Source: the human T2T-CHM13v2.0 reference genome, Homo sapiens. From it: a stretch of DNA of 64,000 nucleotides. Positions 53,408-64,000 of the stretch are shown in pieces. The first letter of the stretch is position 1, and each line of letters begins with the position of its first letter. The stretch lies in NCBI RefSeq assembly GCF_009914755.1, contig NC_060930.1, one strand, 5' to 3'. The notes beneath the pieces were generated by a model. It saw only the letters and a list, made by a program, of their open reading frames with translations. It had not been told where the DNA came from and ran no database searches. The position numbers were made by a program, and so were the translations under genes.

Positions 53408-54776
53408 GTAATCTTACCCCACATCTGTTTGGCAGCCAAAGGACTTGAAAACACCTAAATCCACAATCAAGTATAGGGAGCCACTTGTTCTTAGGAAATG
53501 TGCAATGGAATCACAGTCTTTCGTGATGTCACTCCATTTTCTGCTTAATCAGCATAAAAACTTCGAAGTAAGAGATTGGTTCTGTAGATGATTCTCTTTT
53601 CTCAATTGCTAGGATCATTTATGAATGAAATAGATATTGTGCCCAATCTAGCTGATAGCGATGTGGTTTCTGTTACTCATCTTTATGTGACTTACTTTTG
53701 TGATATCTCTGATGTTTAACTTATTTCCTGAACCTCTGCCATGCTGCTGGCACCATGCTAAACGCTGAGGTTACACATAGAAGAACGCAGTCTTGACTTC
53801 GAATGGTTCACAATCTATTAAGGGATACAGATACTTTAATATTGTCACGATTCTTATTGTCATGAATTATTTGTGAGATTTAGAAACTAATTAAACTATT
53901 TACAAGATTTAGAAATATAAAAAAATAGATTGGGGAGGAGTGATCAATCCAGAAGGGGATTCAAGAAAAGCTTCCCAGCAGTGGGAACTAAACATGCGTG
54001 AAGACTCAAATGTGCCAGATATCAGGGAGAGAGAGGACGGACGTTTCCAAACTAGAGAAGAGTTTCCAGAAGTATGAAACACCTTTGTGCATGCAGGAAC
54101 TGAGGGTTCATTGCTGTGACTGGAATCCAGACAATGAGCCTGAGAGATGATCTGTCACCAGCATGACCAGCCCTGCAGGTGGTCCTGTGAGCTTGCGGAG
54201 GAGGAGGAGTGAGTTTGGCATAACTGCAGCAGTTTAGAGATGGCTATGAGCAGGGGGAGATGCTGAGAGCAGGAGTTACAATTGGGGCAGTCAGACCTAG
54301 ATGAGAGAGGGTCATTTCATTTCAGAGATGTTGCAGAGTTAAATTTTTCAGAGCTCCATGCCTGGTAGATGGGGTGCAGGCCAGAAGGAAGCAGAGGGTG
54401 CCGTGACTCCTGATGTGTGGTGAGCAGCACCCAGAAGATCCTTACCCTAGAACACACCAGGAACTGGGAGGAGGAGGGCTTCACATCCCAGGGGATGTGT
54501 GAAGTAGAGCAAGTTCATCATTCCCCTCTTCCAGGAAAGGCAAAGTGGGGATTACAGAGAAAGCTGGATTCTCCAGGCATCCTTTGTGTCTGCACAAAAA
54601 AGGCTGTCTTTCTTTGAGAATCCTCTGAGGACCAGCCAAGAAATGGACAATATAGTGGGAGTCAGAACAGTCAGACATTTACAGATGAGTTTATTAATTA
54701 AATGAAGGTTTATGAATTCTTAAAACACGAGGTAGGCCCTATTTGAATAAAATTACAGGAATGCCAATATTCGGAA

Positions 54777-54786
54777 CACACACACA

Positions 54787-54818
<32 letters not shown>
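54777..54818. repeat. (CA)n microsatellite
   Basis: About 21 CA units with one TA interruption. Confidence 0.97.
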
Positions 54819-54819
<1 letters not shown>

Positions 54820-54896
54820 TGTACAAGTCCCCTGACATGTTGGAATGTTTGATGATGAACAGCAACCACCTATTTACATTTCTCTTGTTTTCCTTG

Positions 54897-55250
54897 AGTG
54901 CATTCGCTTCCCAGGGCTGCTGTAATAAGTACCACAAACTCACCGGCTTGAAACAACAGACATTTATGCTCTCAGGGGTGTGGAGGCTGGGAGTCTAGAA
55001 TCAAGGCATCCAAGGGTGCTTATGTCCAGAGGTTCTGGGGAAGGGTCTCTTCATGCCTCTCTCTGGCAATCCTTGCAGCTCCTTGGTGTCACTCCTATCT
55101 CTGCCTCCATATTCACAGGACATTCTCTTCTCTGCTTGTGTCAGTGTCACCTTGACTAATTACATCTGCAAAGACCTTATTTCCAAATGTAGTAGCCTTG
55201 AGGTTCCAGGTAGACATGAATTTTGGGAGACACTGTTCAACCCACTACAT
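54897..55250 (-). mobile_element. MLT1-type MaLR LTR, internally deleted
   Basis: ccagggctgctgtaataagtaccacaaact...taattacatctgcaaagaccttatttccaaat...gacactgttcaacccactaca. Confidence 0.8.
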
Positions 55251-58200
55251 GGAATTAACATATTATAAGAGTTGGAGGATCTGTACAATAGCTATCTCTT
55301 AATACGTATCTATTTAGTATCGACTAATTGCCAGCCACTGAACTAGGAGGGGAATGGAGAGGTGAACAAAATAGACATAATTCCTGCCCTCAAAATTGTA
55401 TAATTTAAGAAGAGTGAAAAATCGCAAACATTGGAGACGTTACTGTTCTATTTTACTTTGGTACTTTGGATATAACATACAACTGTAGCTCCCTGAGATG
55501 AAGTCTTCTGTTCTCATCGTATGTGGACTAGGAATGAATGAAATATTCATTGTATATGAAATTAGAAATGCAGCGAGAAAGATGCATGCTTCGGTGTGTC
55601 CCCTCATTTCATGATATATATATATACTTTACTCTATAAGATTTTCTCTGGTCCTAGATTGATTGGGATGACTTTAATGTTTGTTGCATTCAGAATGACC
55701 CCAGAAAGCATTCAAGGCTGTGTGTCCAAATCAAGACAGAAGTAACTAGCCGGATAGTCATATAACTATTTTGTAGAGAATTCTTTCATATATTGGAAAA
55801 TATAACACCAAGAACAGACTGTTCTCCCTTGTCTAACCAGTTTTATTTTATAGATATAATTTCCTGATTGAAGCTTTAGAATTGTTCTCAGCAAGACTGA
55901 AAATGAATTGCTCTTATTCTAGACACATTTTATTTTTACCTTCTGCAGACTTGGCTGCTTTTATAGTCATATGTCAGTCATGACTGACTGGCAAGAATAC
56001 ATTTCAAATCCCTAAACTGAGTTCCAAATATTAACAGACGATCCTCCCTTGAGTCCTTCCAATTTAAAGACCCATTGGACTTGATTCCAGCCACTGGTTA
56101 ATTAGCACGAGAAAGGCTTTTCTGCTCAGCCATTCCTGACGTCAGTAGTAGGTCGCCAGCCCCTGGGGAGAATACAGATGAGCTTTTGGAGAAACCAGCT
56201 CTAAAATAGTCTCACAGCAAACACTTTAATCAGCTTTCCCTCCACTCGACCCAACTTTTCATGGTCTAAAGAATGGAATTCTGGAAGAAGAAATAGTAGT
56301 TCTGGTTGTATTCTCATCTCAGACTCACTGCTTCTAGTCCAAATTTCTTAACACTCATTAATGTCTGGAAAATAAAGACCTTTCTTTATCCATACCTGTC
56401 TGCCATCTTTAATTTGAGTTTATTTAGGATGACCACAAACCTAGCAGTTTGGATAAGTCGTCTTCTTGAACTGGAAAACTTGTCTTCCACTTTTATTTTT
56501 CTTTAATTGAAAAGTGAGTTCATGTATCTTAATTTAGACATTTCTACTAGAATTTCTCACTAAACTTTATTTCAGAACTCAGAGTAGATGATCCATTCAG
56601 AGGACATATAAAGTTTTGTTTAAGTCCTGCATCCTTTCTTCAGGAATTGAGGTATTATTCCCAATCATCTCTAGTAGCTTGACCAAATCCACATTCAGAA
56701 GAAAACATTTTCTTTGTTCTCATGTAATTCCATGGAAGACAATTTTAGTTTCAGTACTCATTTTTAAATTGCCCTGTGGTTTTTGTCATTGCTACCAAAA
56801 GATGTCTATGGCCACCTCAAAATGAATTTAGCTTATTACTGGAATCAAGAATTTCTTTGTGTGTATATATTTATTCATACTTCCTACAGTTTTCTTTTCA
56901 CTCTTTAGTTAATGAACCATGCAATGCCTTAGAAACTTTTCTTTGGTTACACATTTCAACAAAATCTCTGTTCCAGTATAGTTTGATACTGGACTCTACT
57001 GCTTGGAAAAGAGTTGGGAGTCTTTCAGATTAAGGTCAATGTTCCGGACAGACCACATCTCCACAAATGGGGCAACTTGGCATTTTCTGAATGTTTTACT
57101 GAATTGACTGGCTATTTATCTGAGTTAACCACATATGTTTATCATGGTGGAGTGTGTGTGTGTGTTTTAATTTGGTCTCTGGCTTTTGTTTGGATTTTTC
57201 CATGAAACACCTTGCCTCGGTTATAAACCCAAATTGCCCTTGAATTTGTCGGTGGGACTCAATTTTAGAGCAATCTTGATTTAGTGAAAAGAAACATACA
57301 ATGGAAGAACCCAACCTGGATAGTGAAGCTGTTTCCTAGGTAGCAGGCAGCCTTCACTGCAGCCCGGGAGTGGCAGGAGATGGTCCCATCGGGCTGGGAC
57401 CCAGGGAATCTGAGTCTCTGCTCCCACTTTCCCCTTCCAGTACCACATGCTCATTGAAAGATGGAGTGGAATGCATTACCTAGTCTCCACTCCCCCCTTT
57501 TCTTGGTCTTCATAAAGAAGCAAAGCCTAAATAACACATGTTGACAAACCTTCTGCTCCAGAGCAGACAGTGGCCCAGCACATCAGCACAACCCTGGCCT
57601 CCTCACTGCCTGATATAACCGTTAACGTGACAGCTACAAGGGTTCTCATGTGGGAAAAACATCAAGTGCACCAGGATGTCCTTGGCCAGTTTGCAGTCAA
57701 AATATGTAAACTTCAGACTCCCAGAAATGGTTTGGATTCTTGAGCCATCTTTTCCTTACACCTGTGCTCCTGGGCAATTGTTTTATTTAATGAATTTTAG
57801 CTTTTTTTTTTTTTTTTTGACTTGGCTATTCTCTAGAGAGAACACACAGAAGTCTACTGGGCTTGATTCTCTTCTTTCATCCTCCTCATTCATTTCTACT
57901 AAAAAATTATATATTCAGGAAGGTTCAATAATTCCCCTAGGAAACAGGAGGACTATTTAGTGCTAAATGAACATATGTGTTGGATATAAAGGGAAAATGA
58001 AAGGCACATGAACACTGGACATGCTTCGTTTTGCTTTGGAGAGCAGATATGGTCTTGTTCATGCAGACATATGTCCTCAATACCAAATCCCCTAGGAAAG
58101 GATGACATCAATTGCACAACTTCTAGGAAAGCTAGAGCAGTGACTTTTTAGAGTAAAAATGGTTAACTCCTCTGCCCTTAAAACATAAAAGAAAGAAAAT

Positions 58201-58955
58201 ATTTAATATAGAATGTTTGGCATTTCCCACTAGTTAGTAGGGAGGAAAGGAAAATTTCTTCATACAACCAGAGCAGTCCTAAAACAGTTCATTTTAAAAT
58301 GGACGAACCAATTAGCATTGATGAATGTGGCTCCTTCTGGATGGTTTATTGAAGGAAGTAGTACAATGGGGGATGAAGAAGACAATGAGTGACATTTGCC
58401 TTAGTGGTAACACACAGAATAGATGTCCCCTTCCAAAGATCCTGGTCCTCAAAGCTTGCTCCACTCTAGAAACCAAGGTCAGCTCACGTGAGGAGCTCCC
58501 CAGGTGTGCTGGGAACGGCTATTCCTTGTGTCACCACCGCAAGGTATGCACAGAAAGGACAGCTGGGCACCAGCTGTGGGAACGTGGTGGCTCAAAGGCA
58601 TGACTGGAAACTACCACCTGGACAAAAAGCCAGTGTGCTTTGGCTCTCTAGGAGGTCATTGCCTGGAACAATGTTCCAATGTAGTGGCTGCTCACGCTCA
58701 ACAAACGGTTCTTGAATTGTACTTCCTATAATCCAACCTGCTCAGAAAGGCATCTAGCGCTCTAAAATATTAGCTATCATCTAGTTTCATTGTTGTTGAA
58801 ATTTGGTTACATTATTAGAAAGTTCTATCATTTGTGCTTAAAATTGGCAAAGACTTCAGACTGGAGGCCACTAAGCAAATACTTTTTGTTGTTCTGTAAA
58901 ATGTTAATGAAATCAGACCCCTAACTCCTCCCTTTCAAACTTTCTGTGTTTGCAG

Positions 58956-59064
58956 GAATAGCATGGTTGAGGACCACAGTGGCTACATTGGGAAGACTAG
59001 GGATAACCATGGCCTTTGAAATTGTTTATTTGGTAAATTCAGAATTGTACCCAACAACATTACG
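58956..59064 (+). CDS. SLC22A3: SLC22A3 exon 8 (109 nt; [15 protein letters not shown]...ELYPTTLR)
   Basis: Acceptor gtttgcag|GAATAG and donor TTACG|gtaatt. Contains the SLC22 motif ELYPT. Confidence 0.98.
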
Positions 59065-59824
59065 GTAATTCTAACAAACGTTATAGTTTCTCCTAAGTAA
59101 CTCTGTAGACCAGCGTTTTAAGTTGATTTAGTTAAAAACTATGAAGTCGTTTCCTTAGCTCAGTGATATATTAGCCTAGGCTGAATCCAGCTAGTAAAGA
59201 AGATATGCTTTGAGTTATCACTGCTTTCTGCATTGCTGCCTGCTGCATTTTGTGATAAAAGTATTTCTCATATTAATATCTTCACACACTGTTACGGTTT
59301 TGAGGAAAGGCCCTTAACTTGAAACCAGAAGACCTCTAGGTGCCCTTGCTTAGACTGTGGGTTAAATCTGTATCCATCAGCATCACCTGCTGCAAGACTA
59401 TGGCCTCTCTTTGACTGCATTACATGCATTGCAGTGGTGAGCAGCTGGTTATGAAGGATGAAATGAAACAGTGTGCACGGATTAGTGCAAATCAACCTCC
59501 TCTGCTGAGGAAGCATTCCCTGGGCACACTTCTCCCTCAGATGAGGAAACCAAAGTAGCACAAAGTGACCCAGAGCAGGCAGGGCAGTGGGTTGCTGATG
59601 GATAACACCCTCCACCCACGCTGGAGACTTCCTCACTAGCCTTACTGTGAAACGTGCAGAATGGAAATGTTTTGCTTAGAGTTCTGAGAGTAGTCGTTTT
59701 CAAAGTTAGAAAATGCAAAGTATCTTCACACTTCCTTTGGTTTTTTAATATGTCTGAATATGTTGATTATCTTGAAGTCACTTGTTGAAATAGTTTTCAC
59801 TTAAAATTACTTTTCATTCAACAG

Positions 59825-59937
59825 AAATTTCGGAGTTTCGCTCTGTTCAGGTCTGTGTGATTTTGGGGGAATCATAGCCCCATTTCTGCTCTTTCGGCTA
59901 GCAGCCGTGTGGCTAGAACTACCTCTGATCATCTTTG
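59825..59937 (+). CDS. SLC22A3: SLC22A3 exon 9 (113 nt; [20 protein letters not shown]...LPLIIF)
   Basis: Acceptor ttcaacag|AAATTT and donor CTTTG|gtaaga. Contains the TM11 aspartate (LCDFGG) conserved in OCTs. Confidence 0.98.
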
Positions 59938-60298
59938 GTAAGAACTCATTTGCTATTCTTAAGAGCCTTCATCTACATTCTTTGTACTAAAAGAGACCTA
60001 TAATAATTGTTAGGTTCAATAATGATAATGATAGTCATTTATCTTATTATAATAACTATTTCATTGATAATTATGATATTAATTTCATCTTATTATAATA
60101 ACTATTTCAGTTTTGAGAGCCAATTCAGTTATAATGAATGGTTTTAATTTACTTTATATTAAAGGGTGCTGATAAATAATGTTCAATTAGCATTCTTTGG
60201 GTTCTGAGTTAAATGCTATGAAACTCTTATGGTATTGGAGAACATAACCAATAATTTTCAGGGGACTAAATTAAATATTCAATATGTTTAAAAATGAG

Positions 60299-60575
60299 GG
60301 CCAGGTGCAGTGGCTCACACCTGTAAGACCAAAATGGGAGGACTGCTTGGGCCTAGGAGTTCAAGACCAGCTTGGGCAACATAGCAAGACTGCCTTGACA
60401 AAAATTTAAAAATTAGCTAGGCGTGGTGATCCATGGGTGCCTGTAGTCCAAGCTACTCAGGATGCTGAGGCAGGAGGATCAAGGCTGCAGTGAGCTATGG
60501 TCACGCCATTGCACTCCAGCCTGGGCAACAGGGTAAGAACCTATCTCTAAAATAAATAAATAATAAAAAATAACA
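60299..60575 (+). mobile_element. AluJ-type SINE with internal deletions
   Basis: Alu left and right arms with a (TAAA)n tail. Confidence 0.9.
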
Positions 60576-62529
60576 AAAATAAGCCTAATGTCTAATTGTA
60601 TTTCTGGTGTTCTCTCTCTATGGATATCATATCTTCATTGGCCCGATGCTAAAAATCCATGTGGAGGGAGCAGGTGACACAGGATCCCGGGCACACATTC
60701 CATCACCTCCTCCAGGTCCCTCGAGTGCACCTCTCCTCCTACCTCCAGCTTCCATAGGACTTGTGAAGGAACAGAATCATAGTCTAGGAGGGACCTTGGG
60801 GAATTCACTGTCCCACTTCTCCAGGGCTGCTCCAACGGTCCTGCCTGGGTTTCACACACTTCCCCTGTGCCCTCTTCTGCAGTAAAGGATACGGGTTGGC
60901 CCCTTTCTCACGCAACCGTTTCTCTATCTCCACTTCCTTACTTCTGGTAGAGAATGTTTTTCATTTATGGTTCAGCAGTTGAAATTTGAATGAAAATACT
61001 GAGCCCATGAGGACAGACCTTCTGCTTCATGCAAAAGTCCTTTGACAGTGTGAGGGACAAAGAGTCGGCTTCTACCACTTGACACCAGTGACCTCAATAC
61101 AGGATCACCTCAAATTATTGTATGGGATTTGGTCATCAAGCTGAGTGTTAATTCTGTGGTCAGCATGAAAAAGCAGAAAGTGCTACTGTCCAGCAAAGAC
61201 AGAGTAGTCCAGGAGACAAGACACATGACCTTCAGGACTGCAGCCCACAGCCCAGTGGCAGGCAGGCGGGGCCTGAGACTGCGAGGGGAGACAGCCGAAT
61301 TTCTAAAAACTCAGCGACAACAGAATGTGATAACTGCTGAGACCCTGAAAGCAGAGGCTCCTATGAGAATAGGTCACAGGGACCCTTGACCCCTGAGTGG
61401 AAGGGAGCAGGCCAGGGAGGAAGGAAGCAATGTCTAGGCCAAGAGGGGCTGGCTGTGCTCCAGGCAGTGGAAAGTTCAAAGCAAGAGGATGCCGCATCCT
61501 CAAGCACCTGGTGCTAGAGGATGGAGTGCAGTTGTGAGCTGGGCCTGAAGAGAGGTGGTGCCAGGGCAGGGCAGGGACTGGATCCGGAAGGGCCTCAAGG
61601 ACATGCCAAGGCTTTGCTCTTTATACACACAGCAGTGGAAAGTGACTGGACAGTTTCACCCTGAGGTGGACAGAGCTGGCCTTGCATTGTAGAAACACAG
61701 ATATGCAAGTGGGTTGGAAGGACCCCCCAGCATCGTCCCTCTGATGGTAGATATGCAAGTGGGTTGGAGGGACGATGTTGGGGGTGACAATTCAAGGATG
61801 TCATCATCAGGAGATCACAGTGGCTTCTTCTAATAAAGGGATGGCAATGGGAATGGAGAGGGTGGACAGATTGAGTAAACATCTTAGAAGCCAGCTGGGC
61901 AAGATGGGATCACTGATGGGCACAGGGAGAAAGCATGGTGACCTGAGAAGCCCAGGTGCCTGGGGAGAAGCAGGTGGCACAGGCACTGTAGCAGCAAGGC
62001 TGAGGGTCTGCAGGGTGATGGGGCTCTGTGTCCGCTGTGCATAATTTGAGGCACCTGGAAGAGTTCAAGTGGAAATAGAAACCAGCAGGCTCAACACCGC
62101 TGAGCTCAGGAGGGAAGAGTGGCCTTGGGATGAAGAGCTGGAAGCCACCTGGCAGTAGAGAATGGTTGAAGCTGAGGGAGTGGCCCAAGCCCCCCAGAAA
62201 ATCAGGACAAAGCAAGAGGAAAGCAGGAGGCCTAGGACAGAGACCTGAGGGGTGGCAAAGTGACAGACCTAGGCAGAAGGAGAGGAGGTGGCCAAGGAAG
62301 TGGAAACCAAGTGAGAAGCCCAAGGCAGGAGGGCACGAGACCAGGTCCAACCTAAGGACTGAAAGTAGCACATGTGGATCTGGTGGCCAGCAAGAGGCAG
62401 AAGGAACCTGACTGGAGCAGAGCCAGGGAGAATATAGGCTGAGTCTGGAGGAGGGCAGGCAGAGGCAGGACCTGGAGCATGGTCCTATGCTGGTGCTGGC
62501 ACCTCCCACTCACCAGGGCCAACTGCTAC

Positions 62530-62882
62530 CATATTAGTTCGTTTGCCACTGCTATAAATAACTGCCCAAGACTGGGTAATTTATAAAGAAAAGAGGTTTA
62601 ATTGACTCACAGTTTCACATGACTGGGGAAGCCTCAGGAAACTTACAATCATGGTGGAAGGGGAAGCAGGCACGTCCTACATGGTGGCAGGTAAGAGAAG
62701 AGCAAGGAAAATTACCACTTATAAATCCATCAGATCTCATGGGAACTCACTCACTATCACGAGAACAGCATGGGGAAACCTCCCCAACAATCCAGTCACC
62801 TCCCACCAGGTCCCTCCCTCAACATGTGGGGATTACAATTCGAGATGAGATTTGGGTGGATAGACAGAGCCAAACCATATCA
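62530..62882 (-). mobile_element. THE1C/D MaLR solo LTR
   Basis: Same family as the 30685 copy. 5-nt TSD gctac at 62525-62529 and 62883-62887. Confidence 0.92.
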
Positions 62883-63912
62883 GCTACATTTTCAAGAATT
62901 TTGTAAGCCAGTCATCAAGCACAGATATCATCAAAAAGTAAAGAATATGAAATATATGAGAAATAGAGGCAATAAATGCCCAACACTCATCAGTCCCTAA
63001 TTCAGCTACTACACCTTCAGTATTACCTGTGCTCCTGAGATTGTGTCTGCTGCATCTTTATGGTGGAAGCCCCATTGATGGGGCTCCTGCATCACTTCCC
63101 AGTGGCCCAGGCAGGGATGTTGTGTCAGTAGCCTGAAGGGCCCACAGTGGGAGCATTTAAACCATGCACATTGGCAGATGCTGCCAATCAGGGCTTGATT
63201 GCCCAAAGAGGGTTGTTAGGCATTTACCAGCACACCACTAGGCTACAAAGAAGTGGAGAAAATAGGGGAGGGTGGCTTTTCAAGAAGTTTGGCTCTAAAG
63301 AGCAGAAAAAGAAAGGATGGTAATGGAAGGATGAGGTGAGATTGAGAGAAGGCTGGTCAAACAGGAAAGGTCTGAATGTGTTTGAAAGCTTCTCCCAATA
63401 GGTTGAAGATACTGGAGGAAGGGTTGATCCCTACAGTGAGGAGCCCAAAGAGACAGGCCTAGGAGAAGGCTGGTCCCGGAGTAGACACCAGGACAAGCTT
63501 TCCACTGTAAGGTAACAGGAGGAATCGGAGGGAGAGGGGCAGGTAAGTGAGAGTGTCAGTGAGCGGGCGCAGAGGGGACTCCCCTCCAGCACTTCTGTTT
63601 CCCTGTGATGCAGGAGAGGAGGCCTTGGGTGTTGGACCCTAAGAAGGAACTCAGTCAATCACTGTGAGATGTGTGAGTGAACACATGGCTGCCAGGTATA
63701 CAGGGGCCGTGGTGCTACTCAGGGTTTGAGGAAGGGAGAGAACCTTTGAAGCTGTGGTAAGGGAGAGCTGGGGCATTGATCTGGGATGCAGAGGTTGCTG
63801 TGGTTGAGAGCTACTCTAGTGAGCAACATGGTGGCTTCAGAGTGAGCAGGCCCATGGGAGAGGGCCCAGCTGTGTCTTCCTGGAGCGGTAACACCTTTCC
63901 CCTATTCCATAG

Positions 63913-64000
63913 GTATCCTGGCATCCATCTGTGGTGGCCTTGTGATGCTTTTGCCTGAAACCAAGGGTATTGCCTTGCCAGAGACAGTGGATGATGTAGA
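63913..64000 (+). CDS. SLC22A3: SLC22A3 exon 10, truncated by the window end ([28 protein letters not shown]...)
   Basis: Acceptor ttccatag|GTATCC. Contains the LLPETKG motif. Confidence 0.97.

Noticed and set aside
61910-62509. 199-aa minus-strand ORF, the longest in the window
   Set aside because: Low-complexity Leu/Ser/Pro product from a purine-rich, probably L2-like degenerate region, with no family motifs.

Overview
Human genomic DNA; an L1HS-Ta insertion supports the species call. The window lies inside SLC22A3 (organic cation transporter 3, OCT3/EMT) on the + strand. It runs from the distal ~14 kb of intron 1 through exons 2-9 and ends within exon 10. All nine exons were placed by hand from GT-AG boundaries, and they splice into one continuous frame (FDLVCVNAW...PETVDDV). 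The rest is intronic and rich in transposable elements: Alus, a near full-length old L1MC-type LINE, three young 5'-truncated L1s, MaLR and ERVL LTRs, and hAT/Tigger fossils. Nearly all supplied ORFs are spurious or TE-derived. I see no new protein-coding system. The best leads are RNA-level or structural. (1) Exons 2-5 form a phase-0/phase-0 cassette of 546 nt, so a back-spliced circle would have a stop-free ORF whose junction mimics the native exon 1-2 junction. (2) A Ta-subset L1 sits 95 nt from the exon 4 donor. (3) The exon 2-3 junction regenerates a 5' splice site. (4) Intron 5 holds two oppositely oriented DUX4-class LTRs. (5) There are several small duplication or inversion scars. TE boundaries and subfamily names were judged by eye and are approximate.
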